DNA of 64,000 bases from assembly GCA_963783375.1 (NCBI GenBank), contig CAWANH010000003.1, forward strand, positions 224,001 through 288,000, read 5' to 3'. Shown one piece after another: positions 40,594 through 49,555 of the stretch (positions within the stretch are counted from its first letter, which is position 1; every line of letters starts with the position of its first letter). The notes beneath the pieces were generated by a model. It did not search any database. It saw only the letters and a list, made by a program, of their open reading frames with translations, and had not been told where the DNA came from. The stretch comes from Candidatus Eiseniibacteriota bacterium (GTDB lineage Bacteria > Eisenbacteria > RBG-16-71-46 > JABDJR01). The translations under genes and the position numbers were made by a program.

Positions 40594-41540
40594 GATCGAA
40601 GTCGATCGCCGCGGTCCTGACCGCGGTCCTACTCGCCCCGATCGGGTGGGGATCGGCGGCCTTCGCCGCCCGAACCTCCACCTTCGCCCCCATCGACCCC
40701 GGGGTCCGGGCCTCGGCCATGGGCGGAGCCTTCACCGCGGTGGGAGGGGAACCCATCGCCATGTACTGGAATCCCGCCGCGCTCTTCTTCATGGAGGGCC
40801 GCGAGGTCGAGGCCTCGTACTCCGATCTGTACGGCCTGGGCCTGGCCAAGCGCACGTTCTTCACCATCGGACTCAAATCGGTGTACGAGGTCCCGAGGTT
40901 CTCCGGGGACAAGGTGGTGGTCACCCGGGACGCCGCTTCCGGGCCCGCCTACGCCTTCGGAGTCCAGTCGCTGTTCCTCGACCTGGATGGGGGCGGCTAC
41001 TCCGAACTCTCGATGGGAGGCGCGGCGGCCTGGGGATACGGGGACCGCCTGGCGGCGGGGATCTCATTCCGGGGGCTTTTCGTCTCCAGCGACTTCCAGG
41101 ACGTCTCCGCCAACGGATACAACCTGGGGGTGGGGCTGGCCTGGCGTTATTCCGAGAGGGAGCGCCTGGCCGTCTCGGTCCCCCAGCTCATGAGCCGGGT
41201 GTTCTGGAAGTTCCACTCCACCGAACGCCTCCCGGTGGGGGTGGTGGCGGGCTGGAGCCGGACCTTCGGGGACGCGGTCACGGTGAGCGCGGAGTCCGAA
41301 TGGCGGGAGAGCGAGGCGGGGCCGTACCGGTTGGCGGTAGGGGGCGAGGCCTGGATCTTCCCCGACCGGTTGGCGCTCCGGGCGGGCTATCGGCGTCTGA
41401 ACGGGGGCATCGAGGACGTGTCCAAGCCGACCTTCGGGGCGGCGGTCCGCTTCAGCCGGATGCGCTTCGACTACGCCTTCCGCCTGGGCCCGGACAACCT
41501 CGGCGACACGCACCGTCTCGGGCTCCTGGTCGGATTCTAG
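40590..41540 (+). CDS. PorV/PorQ-family outer-membrane beta-barrel
   Basis: GVRASAMGGAFTA...YWNPAAL N-terminal motif; LALRAGY...FDYAF...THRLGLLVGF C-terminus; ATGA coupling to the upstream gene. Confidence 0.85.
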   Translation: MRSKSIAAVLTAVLLAPIGWGSAAFAARTSTFAPIDPGVRASAMGGAFTAVGGEPIAMYWNPAALFFMEGREVEASYSDLYGLGLAKRTFFTIGLKSVYEVPRFSGDKVVVTRDAASGPAYAFGVQSLFLDLDGGGYSELSMGGAAAWGYGDRLAAGISFRGLFVSSDFQDVSANGYNLGVGLAWRYSERERLAVSVPQLMSRVFWKFHSTERLPVGVVAGWSRTFGDAVTVSAESEWRESEAGPYRLAVGGEAWIFPDRLALRAGYRRLNGGIEDVSKPTFGAAVRFSRMRFDYAFRLGPDNLGDTHRLGLLVGF

Positions 41541-41594
41541 TTTCACCTGACCACGAGTCCGTTGCGGGGGCGGGCATCCGACCGGCGAGTCGGG

Positions 41595-42302
41595 CTAGGG
41601 AGAGTCCGGGGCGTCCGCGTCGTGGGCGCACTCCCCCGGCGCCCCCACCCATGCGCTCCCGTCGGTGAAGACCTCCTTCTTCCAGATGGGAACGTCGGCC
41701 TTCAGGCGCTCGATCAGGTGGCGGCAGGCCTCGAAGGCCTGGGCCCGGTGGGGAGCGGCGGCCACCGCCACCACGCTCGGCTCCCCCACCCCGATCCGCC
41801 CCAGGCGGTGGTGGAGATAGACCGCGATCACCGGCCAGCGATCGCGCGTCTCGGCCAGGATGCGCTCCATCTGGGCCAGGGCCATCGGCTCGTAGGCCTC
41901 GTATTCGAGGTGATCCACGTCGCGATCCATGGAGGGCGTGCGCACCGTGCCCTCGAACACCGCCACCGCGCCGGCGGCGTCCCGGTAGGCCGCGCGCTTC
42001 AACGCGTCGCCGTCCAGGGCCTCCCGGGTGAGAGCCGCGGCCGGAGGCTCGTCGGGGGCCCCGCCGCTGACCGGCGGGATGAGAACGATCTCGGCGCCGT
42101 CGTCGAGCGGCGCCTCGTCGGCGATGAACTCGGTCCCCCGGGCCATGCGGCAGGAGGCGATGAGATCGCGCCAGCGGGGATGGAGCTCGGCCAGCCGTCT
42201 CCGCGCCGAGGCGGCGGTGGCGCCGGACTCCAGTTCGAGGGACAGTCTCCCGGTTCCCAGGGCTTCGCGGAGCGCGGCGAAGGTCGCGACCTCAACCCGC
42301 AT
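41595..42302 (-). CDS. Fused molybdopterin synthase MoaD-MoaE
   Basis: FAALRE...IPPVSGG (MoaD), linker, GAVAVFEGTVR, LEYEAY, HRLG, PHR, PIWKKE (MoaE). Confidence 0.93.
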   Translation of the reverse strand: MRVEVATFAALREALGTGRLSLELESGATAASARRRLAELHPRWRDLIASCRMARGTEFIADEAPLDDGAEIVLIPPVSGGAPDEPPAAALTREALDGDALKRAAYRDAAGAVAVFEGTVRTPSMDRDVDHLEYEAYEPMALAQMERILAETRDRWPVIAVYLHHRLGRIGVGEPSVVAVAAAPHRAQAFEACRHLIERLKADVPIWKKEVFTDGSAWVGAPGECAHDADAPDSP

Positions 42303-42813
42303 CGCCGGCCTCCTTGTCCGGGTCCAGGGCCAGCGTCCAGGTGCCCGAGCCGTTTCCCGACCACCCCTCGCTCTCGAGGATCGCTCCCAGGGCGGGCGCG
42401 TCGGGGACGGTCCGGATGGTGAGGCGGCGGAGCCGGGTGCGGTGACATGCGGCGTCGGCGATCAGGCGAAGGGATTCGTGAAGCACGCCGGTTCCGTCCC
42501 GAGGCACGGTGAAGCTGAGCGCGGCCTCGCCGGTTGCGGGACGGGGATCGATCGAGAAGAGACCGGCAGGGGATCCCACCGGATCCCAGGCCGCCAGAAT
42601 CAGCCCGCGCCGGGCGGAGTACCGGGCGGCCCCTTTCCTCTCCAGAGCCCCCCGGGAGGCGGCGGGAAGGACGGCCCCTCCCGGCCCGGCGCTTCGCGCC
42701 AGGTCCTTCCGCGCCCGAAACGCCCGGAGGCGCGCGACGTCGCCGGGCTCCACCGGGCGAAGCCAGAGGGACGAGCCGAGAAGGCTCCATGCGGCGTGAC
42801 GGTGCGATTTCAT
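42292..42813 (-). CDS. Hypothetical protein, weak RimJ/RimL GNAT-like fold
   Basis: LWLRPVEPGD N-terminal pattern, ILESEGW near the C-terminus; overlaps the moaDE start. Confidence 0.45.
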   Translation of the reverse strand: MKSHRHAAWSLLGSSLWLRPVEPGDVARLRAFRARKDLARSAGPGGAVLPAASRGALERKGAARYSARRGLILAAWDPVGSPAGLFSIDPRPATGEAALSFTVPRDGTGVLHESLRLIADAACHRTRLRRLTIRTVPDAPALGAILESEGWSGNGSGTWTLALDPDKEAGDAG

Positions 42814-42980
42814 GGCGTCGGCGGGCGGGCAGGGTGCGCGGAGGTCCGCGCGCTCTCGACGGTTTCCTCCCCCTTCGATGGTACCGCGCCCGCCCCCCCA
42901 TCTCCACCCGGGACCGGGAGGGAGCCCGGGAACCCGCTCGCTGCCGGCGCGGCCGGGGACGGAAGACCGGGGATCGCGCC

Positions 42981-43859
42981 TCATCGCAGGACGCTCCCGG
43001 ACCGGAGCATCTCGTCGAAGGCCCGGGCCGCGGGCTCGGGGCGGCGCGCGCGGAGCCGGAGAAGGCCCAGTTGCCGCTCGACCCGGAATCGCCGCGGATC
43101 CGGCCGGTGGACGGAACCCCGGCGGAAGGGGGCGTCGCTCACCGCCTCGGGGAGGACGCTCACCCCGAACCCCGCCTCCACCAGCCCCACCATGACCGAG
43201 GGGCGGCCGATCTCCATCACCGGCGCGATACGGAGCCCCGCTCGGGCCAGGGCGGCGTCCACCAGCCGCCGGGTGGTGGATTCGCGCGGGTAGGCGATGA
43301 AGGGTTCGCGGGCCAGGAGGCGTTTCAAGGGTGTTCCGCGCGCCGCGATCGGAACCGTGAGGAGCAGCCGTTCGATCAGGAGCGGTTCCGCGTCCACATC
43401 CGGGTCGTCCACCGGCAGGGTGCCGAGAACGAGGTCCACCCTCCCCTCCTTCAGCCGCCCCACCAGGGGGCCGGTGGAATCCACCACCACCGACACCTCG
43501 ATCCCCGGGTGGCGGCGGTGGAAGGGGATGAACACCTGGGGGAGGACGCGGGTCGCGGCGGCGTCGGTCACCCCCAGGGTCAGGCTTCCCCGCCCGAGGC
43601 CCCGGATCTCCGCCACCTCGGCCCGGGCGGTCTCCACCGCCCGGAGTGCCGCCCGGGCCTGGAGGAGAACCGCCCGCCCCGCCTCGGTGGGCTCCACCCC
43701 CCGGCCCCGGCGGTGGAAGAGCGCGGTCCCCAACTCCCCCTCCAGGGCCTTCATCTGAAGGCTCACCGCGGGCTGGGTGAGGTGCCGGCGGCGGGCGGCG
43801 GCGGAAAGGCTTCCCGCCTCCGCCGCTTCCACGAGGGTGCGGAGTTGCTCCAGGTCCAT
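42981..43859 (-). CDS. LysR-family transcriptional regulator
   Basis: GSLSAAARRRHLTQPAVSLQMKALE...LFHR...PTEAG; substrate-binding domain. Confidence 0.93.
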   Translation of the reverse strand: MDLEQLRTLVEAAEAGSLSAAARRRHLTQPAVSLQMKALEGELGTALFHRRGRGVEPTEAGRAVLLQARAALRAVETARAEVAEIRGLGRGSLTLGVTDAAATRVLPQVFIPFHRRHPGIEVSVVVDSTGPLVGRLKEGRVDLVLGTLPVDDPDVDAEPLLIERLLLTVPIAARGTPLKRLLAREPFIAYPRESTTRRLVDAALARAGLRIAPVMEIGRPSVMVGLVEAGFGVSVLPEAVSDAPFRRGSVHRPDPRRFRVERQLGLLRLRARRPEPAARAFDEMLRSGSVLR

Positions 43860-43861
43860 GT

Positions 43862-43878
43862 CATAAGTTTAGCTTATG
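43862..43878. promoter_or_regulatory. LysR recognition box
   Basis: CATAAG-N5-CTTATG palindrome containing T-N11-A, immediately upstream of the lysR ATG in an AT-rich patch. Confidence 0.7.
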
Positions 43879-44065
43879 GATCTCATTGAAACAATAAAGT
43901 TTCCTCATCCAGGATGGGGAGGCACAATGCTCCCGCTCGTGGCCCGGGCCACGAACCCGCTTTCGGGGCGGAGGGCCGCCCCCGGATGGCGATCGACCAC
44001 CGACTTCCGCGGGGAGCGCCGCGCCGGCGCCTCTCCAAGAGCCGACTTCCGGAAAGGAAACGTTC

Positions 44066-45379
44066 ATGAGCACCGATCAATCGATCAAACCGGCCACCGG
44101 CAAGCTGGGGATCCTTCTCCCCGGCATGGGGGCGGTCGCCACCACCTTCGTGGCCGGAGTGGAGGCCGTCCGCCGGGGAAAGGCCAAGCCCCTGGGGAGC
44201 CTCACCCAGATGGGAACGGTGCGACTGGGAAAGCGCACCGAGAACCGCGTGCCCGCCATCAAGGAGTTCGTGCCTCTGACCGGGCTCGACGACCTCGTCT
44301 TCGGGGGCTGGGATCTGTTCGAGGACGACATGTACGCCGCGGCCATGAAGGCCGGGGTGCTGGAGAAGGATCTCCTCAACGAGCATCGTGAGTTCCTGGC
44401 CGGGATCAAGCCGATGCCCGCGGTCTTCGACAAGCGGTACGTGAAACGGCTGGACGGACCCAACGTCAAGTCCGGCGCGAACTGGTACGAGAAGGCCCAG
44501 GCCCTCATGGAGGACATGCGGAACTTCAAGGAAAAGAACGGTTGTGACCGGCTGGTCACCGTCTGGTGCGCGTCCACCGAGGTGTTCATGAAGCCTTCGG
44601 GAGCCCACCAGAGCGTGAAGGCGTTCGAGGAGGCGATGAAGGCGAACTCCCCCGACATCGCTCCCAGCCAGGTCTACGCCTACGCCTCCCTGATGAGCGA
44701 CGTCCCCTTCGCCAACGGCGCCCCCAACCTGACCGTGGATCTCCCGGCCATCCACGAGCTGGCCCGGGAGCGGTGCCTCCCCATCGCGGGCAAGGACTTC
44801 AAGACCGGCCAGACCCTCATGAAGACCGTGCTGGCCCCCATGTTCAAGGCCCGCCTTCTCGGGGTGGCCGGCTGGTACTCCACCAACATCCTGGGGAACC
44901 GGGACGGCGAGGTGCTGGACGATCCCGAGTCCTTCAAGACCAAGGAGGAGTCGAAACTCGGGGTGCTCGAGCACATCCTCCAGCCCCAGATCTATCCGGA
45001 CCTGTACGGGAACATGTATCACAAGGTCCGCATCAACTATTACCCGCCCCGGGGAGACAACAAGGAGGGGTGGGACAACATCGACATCTTCGGGTGGCTG
45101 GGCTACCCGATGCAAATCAAGGTGGACTTCCTCTGCCGGGACTCCATCCTGGCCGCCCCCATCGTTCTCGACCTGGCCCTGTTCATGGACCTGGCCCGGC
45201 GGTCGGGGATGCGGGACACCCAGGAGTGGCTCTCGTTCTACTTCAAGAGCCCCATGCACGCCGAGGGGCTCTACCCGGAGCACGACCTCTTCATCCAGCT
45301 CATGAAGCTCAAGAACACCCTCCGGCACCTGAAGGGGGAGGAGCTGATCACCCACCTGGGAAACGAGTACTACGACTAG
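44066..45379 (+). CDS. ino1: Myo-inositol-1-phosphate synthase
   Basis: GMGAVATT, FGGWD, GKDFKTGQT, NILGNRDG, GDNKE, DSILAAP, FYFKSP. Confidence 0.93.
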   Translation: MSTDQSIKPATGKLGILLPGMGAVATTFVAGVEAVRRGKAKPLGSLTQMGTVRLGKRTENRVPAIKEFVPLTGLDDLVFGGWDLFEDDMYAAAMKAGVLEKDLLNEHREFLAGIKPMPAVFDKRYVKRLDGPNVKSGANWYEKAQALMEDMRNFKEKNGCDRLVTVWCASTEVFMKPSGAHQSVKAFEEAMKANSPDIAPSQVYAYASLMSDVPFANGAPNLTVDLPAIHELARERCLPIAGKDFKTGQTLMKTVLAPMFKARLLGVAGWYSTNILGNRDGEVLDDPESFKTKEESKLGVLEHILQPQIYPDLYGNMYHKVRINYYPPRGDNKEGWDNIDIFGWLGYPMQIKVDFLCRDSILAAPIVLDLALFMDLARRSGMRDTQEWLSFYFKSPMHAEGLYPEHDLFIQLMKLKNTLRHLKGEELITHLGNEYYD

Positions 45380-45458
45380 CCCGACGCAGCATCGGGTTCG
45401 TGAACAAGCCGGGCTGATCGCTGCGGGAGCGCCGGACGGCCGGGCCCCGGGCACGCGC

Positions 45459-45492
45459 GGGGCGTCCTCCCCCCGGGAGGGCGCCCCTCTTT
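45459..45492 (+). terminator. Putative terminator after ino1
   Basis: Stem GGGGCGTCCTCCC/GGGAGGGCGCCCC followed by TCTTT. Confidence 0.55.
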
Positions 45493-45547
45493 CGTCCCCC
45501 GCCCGCTCTTTGCTATTCTCTTCGGTCCCTCCGTAACCCACGGAGGC

Positions 45548-45763
45548 ATGCCGGAGCGGGATCCGGACCGGGCGGTCCGGCTGGAGGACCATGAGTTCCA
45601 GTTCCGCTATCGTTCCGACGACGACTTCGCCTTCATGAACCAGGGAACCTGCGAGACGATCACCCTCTCCGCCGCCGTGCCGGGCGACAACGCCAAGCAC
45701 CTCCAGGAGAAGATGGTGATCGACACCCGTGACGACAGATTCGTGGAAAGGGTCACCGAATAA
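45548..45763 (+). pseudogene. Internally deleted efp paralog (71-aa mini-EF-P ORF), either remnant or functional
   Basis: 32/49 aa identical to EF-P domain II, fused in frame to 12/13 aa of the EF-P C-terminus. Own GGAGG SD; TGcTATTCT extended -10 at 45511-45519. Confidence 0.7.
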
Positions 45764-45764
45764 C

Positions 45765-46331
45765 ATGTCCATCCCAGCCACTCAAATCCGAATCGGCATG
45801 CTCCTGGTCGTGGACGGCAAGCCCCACCGGGTCATGTCCAAGCAGCACATCACCCCGGGAAAGGGGAACGCGGTGGTCCAGACCGTGCTCCAGAACCTGG
45901 AGACCGGGGGGAATTCCAACCAGCGTTTCCGCTCCGCCGAGCAGGTGGAGCCGGCCCGCCTGGAGAGCCACGAGCTCCAGTTTCTCTATCGCTCCGGGGA
46001 CGATTTCACCTTCATGAACCAGGAGTCCTACGAGATGATCAACCTATCCGCGGAGGTGCTGGGCGAGGCCGCCAAATACCTCCAGGAGAACATGGTCATC
46101 ACGGCCCAGTACTGGCAGGGGAAGGTCGTGGGGATCGAGGTGCCCATGACCGTGGTCTTCCGGATCACCGAATGCGACCCGGCCATGAAGGGGGCCACCG
46201 CCTCCGGCGGACCCAAGCCGGCCACCCTGGAGAACGGCCTGGTGGTCAAGGTGCCCCAGCATCTGAGCGTGGGCGACCTGGTGAAGGTGGATACCCGGGA
46301 CGACAGCTTCGTGGAGCGGGTGACCGAGTAG
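45765..46331 (+). CDS. efp: Translation elongation factor P
   Basis: HITPGKGNA (Lys-type tip), FMNQESYE, KPATLENG...VKVDTRD. Confidence 0.95.
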   Translation: MSIPATQIRIGMLLVVDGKPHRVMSKQHITPGKGNAVVQTVLQNLETGGNSNQRFRSAEQVEPARLESHELQFLYRSGDDFTFMNQESYEMINLSAEVLGEAAKYLQENMVITAQYWQGKVVGIEVPMTVVFRITECDPAMKGATASGGPKPATLENGLVVKVPQHLSVGDLVKVDTRDDSFVERVTE

Positions 46332-46382
46332 CTTCCACCGCCGAGGCCTCGAATCCGGGGCCGGTCAACCCCATCCCCGCCT

Positions 46383-46411
46383 TTGACATATCCCCGGGTT
46401 CGGGCTCTAAT
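46383..46411 (+). promoter_or_regulatory. Sigma70 promoter of the nfeD-stomatin operon
   Basis: TTGACA-N17-TCTAAT. Confidence 0.65.
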
Positions 46412-46464
46412 AGGCTCGTGTGCACCCACCCTGGATGGTCCGGGCGGAACGGCGGAGGTTGAAC

Positions 46465-47811
46465 ATGGCCAGACTCCGGGTCCGGTTTCCCTGGTTCCTT
46501 CCCTTCCTCGCCGTTCTCTCCCTCGCCGCGCCGGCGGCCCCGGCGACCGCCGCGCCTCCCGACACCGCCTCGGCCTCCGCCGTCCCCGGATTCGTGCTGT
46601 GGGCCCAGCTGGACGACGTGATCGGCCCCATCACCGCCGGCTACCTCACCGACGCGGTTCGGGACGCCGACCGGCGGAACGCCAACGCCCTGGTGATCGA
46701 GCTGGACACTCCCGGCGGGCTCGACACCGCCATGCGGCAGATCATCAAGTCGATCCTGGCCAGCGACGTCCCGGTCTGCGTGTGGGTGGCCCCCAACGGG
46801 GCCCGCGCCGCCTCGGCCGGGGTCTACATCGCCTACAGCGCCCATGTGGCGGCCATGGCCCCGGGAACCAACCTGGGGGCGGCCACCCCGGTGAATCTGG
46901 GGGGGGGTATGGACTCCACCATGGCCCACAAGGTGACGAACGACGCCGAGGCCTACATCCTGAGCCTGGCCCGGCTCCGGGGGCGGAACGAGGAGTGGGC
47001 GGCGGAGGCGGTCCGGAAGGCGGTCTCCCTTCCCTCCGGGGACGCGGTGAAGGAACATGTGGTGGACTTCATCGCCCGGGATCCGCGCGAATTGCTGGAG
47101 AAGATGGACGGGCTCACGGTGAAGACCGCGACCGACTCCAGCTTCGTGATCCACACCGCGGGGGCGGAGATCCGGGAGTACCCGATGTCGGCCCGGTACC
47201 GGGCGCTCTCCATCCTCAACAATCCGAACGTGGCCTACATGCTCCTCCTGCTCGGGTTCTACGGGCTCTTCTTCGAGCTTTCCAGCCCGGGGGCGATCTT
47301 CCCCGGGGTCCTCGGGGGAATCTCCCTCATCCTGGGGCTCTTCGCCCTGCAGAGCCTCAGCGTCAACTACGCCGGCCTGCTGCTCATGGCCCTCGGCGTG
47401 GTCCTCTTCTTCCTGGAGACCCAAGTGACCAGCCACGGAGTCCTCGCCATCGGCGGGACGGTCTCGCTCTTCGCGGGATCGCTCCTCTTGATCGACGCCC
47501 CCGCCCCCTACCTCCGGGTTTCGCTCAAGGTCATCCTCCCGGCGGTGGGAGCCTCGGCCGCCTTCTTCATCTTCGCCGTCACCATGGCGCTGCGCGCCCA
47601 GCGGCGGAAGGTGGTCTCGGGGGTCGAGGGCCTGGTGGGCTCGATCGGGGTGGTGCGCACTCCCCTGGATCCCGAGGGGAAGATCTTCGTGGCCGGGGAG
47701 CACTGGACGGCCCGTTCCGCGACCGGGGCGCCGATCCCCCAGGGGGCGCGGGTGGAGGTGGTTTCCGTGGATCGGCTCAAGGTCTTCGTCAAACCGGTCG
47801 GGGACTCCTGA
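46465..47811 (+). CDS. nfeD: Long-form NfeD membrane-bound ClpP-class protease
   Basis: [23 protein letters not shown] block, C-terminal OB domain (GEHWTA). Confidence 0.92.
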   Translation: MARLRVRFPWFLPFLAVLSLAAPAAPATAAPPDTASASAVPGFVLWAQLDDVIGPITAGYLTDAVRDADRRNANALVIELDTPGGLDTAMRQIIKSILASDVPVCVWVAPNGARAASAGVYIAYSAHVAAMAPGTNLGAATPVNLGGGMDSTMAHKVTNDAEAYILSLARLRGRNEEWAAEAVRKAVSLPSGDAVKEHVVDFIARDPRELLEKMDGLTVKTATDSSFVIHTAGAEIREYPMSARYRALSILNNPNVAYMLLLLGFYGLFFELSSPGAIFPGVLGGISLILGLFALQSLSVNYAGLLLMALGVVLFFLETQVTSHGVLAIGGTVSLFAGSLLLIDAPAPYLRVSLKVILPAVGASAAFFIFAVTMALRAQRRKVVSGVEGLVGSIGVVRTPLDPEGKIFVAGEHWTARSATGAPIPQGARVEVVSVDRLKVFVKPVGDS

Positions 47812-47831
47812 CCGGAGGAAAGGACAGCGTC

Positions 47832-48602
47832 ATGGTTTCACTCGGCGTCGTCGTCGCCATCCTGGTCCTCATCCTCACCAGCGCCATCCGGGTGCTCCGG
47901 GAATACGAGCGCGCGGTGATGTTCCGGCTCGGCCGATTCGCCGGGGTGAAGGGCCCCGGACTCTTCTTCATGATCCCGGTCATCGACAAGATGGTGAGGA
48001 TCTCGCTCCGGGTCATCACCATGGACGTTCCCCCCCAGGACGTCATCACCAAGGACAACGTGTCCATCAAGGTGAACGCCGTCCTGTACTTCCGGGTGGT
48101 GGACCCGGAGGGGGCGATCGTTTCGGTGGAGGACTTCTTCTACGCCACCAGCCAGATCGCCCAGACCACCCTTCGGAGCGTGGTCGGCGAGCACGAGCTG
48201 GACGAGATCCTCTCCGAGCGGGAAAAGGTGAACCAGCTCCTCCAGTCCATCATCGACGAGCGCACCGATCCCTGGGGGATCAAGGTGACCTCGGTGGAGA
48301 TCAAGGACGTGGACCTGCCCCAGGAGATGCGGCGGGCCATCGCCCGGCAGGCCGAGTCGGAGCGGGAGCGGCGGGCCAAGATCATCAACGCCGAGGGCGA
48401 GTACCAGGCCTCGGAGAAGCTGGCGGCGGCGGCCCACGTCATCGCCAAGGAGCCGATCGCCATCCAGCTCCGTTACCTCGCCACCCTGAGCGAGATCTCC
48501 TCCGAACAGACCACCACCATCGTCTTCCCGATGCCCCTCTCCATCATGGAGGGACTCGAGGGGCTGATGAAGCTGAACAAGCACACCCCGCCCTCCGCCT
48601 GA
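47832..48602 (+). CDS. Stomatin/slipin (SPFH) protein
   Basis: [48 protein letters not shown]. Confidence 0.95.
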   Translation: MVSLGVVVAILVLILTSAIRVLREYERAVMFRLGRFAGVKGPGLFFMIPVIDKMVRISLRVITMDVPPQDVITKDNVSIKVNAVLYFRVVDPEGAIVSVEDFFYATSQIAQTTLRSVVGEHELDEILSEREKVNQLLQSIIDERTDPWGIKVTSVEIKDVDLPQEMRRAIARQAESERERRAKIINAEGEYQASEKLAAAAHVIAKEPIAIQLRYLATLSEISSEQTTTIVFPMPLSIMEGLEGLMKLNKHTPPSA

Positions 48603-48637
48603 GCCCGGCGGAGCACCGAGAGGAGGTTCCGAGCCCC

Positions 48638-49516
48638 ATGCACACATCGAGTTCCCCACTCCGAAAGTTGCTCCTGGGAGCGATCGCGCTCGCCGTTGCG
48701 CTCTCCCTGGCCGCCTGCAACGACGGCAACCCCACTCCCAAGACCCCGGACAGCGCCAGCCTGGCCGGCTTGGGCGCCGACCTGAGCTTCGCCGGGGTCT
48801 TCGGGGCGCAAACCTATGCCCTGGGCATCCTGGTGAACGCCAAGGACGCGGACGCCCCCGGCGTGTTGATCCCCCAACACCCGACCCCGGGGGACACCCT
48901 CCTCCCCGGCGTCCTCACGTGTCCGGTGGTCTATCCGGGTGAGCCTCAGGGCGCCGCCTTCACCATCCAGATGGAATACGGCGAAGGTTGTGAATCGGTG
49001 CTGGACGGCGTCCAGAGCTCGGGTTCGATCACCTTCATCGTCAACGACCGTCCCCCCACCGGCCTGAGCGCCACCACCGAGTTCAACGATTTCCACCGGG
49101 GCGGGGTCGCGGTGGACGGGGTCTTCACCCTGACCGGGGACAACCAGAACCAGACCACCATCCAGGCCTCGGCGCTCAACCTGACCACCGCCCAGGGGGG
49201 CGTGCTGTTCAACGCCAACCTCGACGCGGAGCGGATCGCCGACGAGGCCGGACCCGGACCCGCCTACTGCGGGCACTGGCAGATCGTGGACGGAACCGGC
49301 TCGGTGGTGATCGCCAACACCAACTTCAACTTCACGGTGGTGGACACCGTGCTCCTCTCCACCTGTTGCGCCTATCCGCTCTCCGGGTCGGTACAGATCA
49401 CCTCGGCCGGATACCTGGGCGCCCTCCTGGATTTCGGAGACGGCGAGTGCGACGGGACGGCCACGATCACCGTGGCCGGCCAGACCCAAACCGTATCCCT
49501 GGGCCCCGGCCAGTAG
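48638..49516 (+). CDS. Hypothetical Cys-containing beta-rich lipoprotein
   Basis: Lipobox LAA-C; YGEGC and DFGDGECD motifs. Confidence 0.75.
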   Translation: MHTSSSPLRKLLLGAIALAVALSLAACNDGNPTPKTPDSASLAGLGADLSFAGVFGAQTYALGILVNAKDADAPGVLIPQHPTPGDTLLPGVLTCPVVYPGEPQGAAFTIQMEYGEGCESVLDGVQSSGSITFIVNDRPPTGLSATTEFNDFHRGGVAVDGVFTLTGDNQNQTTIQASALNLTTAQGGVLFNANLDAERIADEAGPGPAYCGHWQIVDGTGSVVIANTNFNFTVVDTVLLSTCCAYPLSGSVQITSAGYLGALLDFGDGECDGTATITVAGQTQTVSLGPGQ

Positions 49517-49555
49517 GGCGGGGACCGGAACCCTTTCCGCAGGAGAAGCCCGAAC

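Noticed and set aside
45548-46331. efp partial repeat as a diversity-generating retroelement TR/VR pair
   Set aside because: Mismatches are not adenine-specific and no reverse transcriptase is present in the window.
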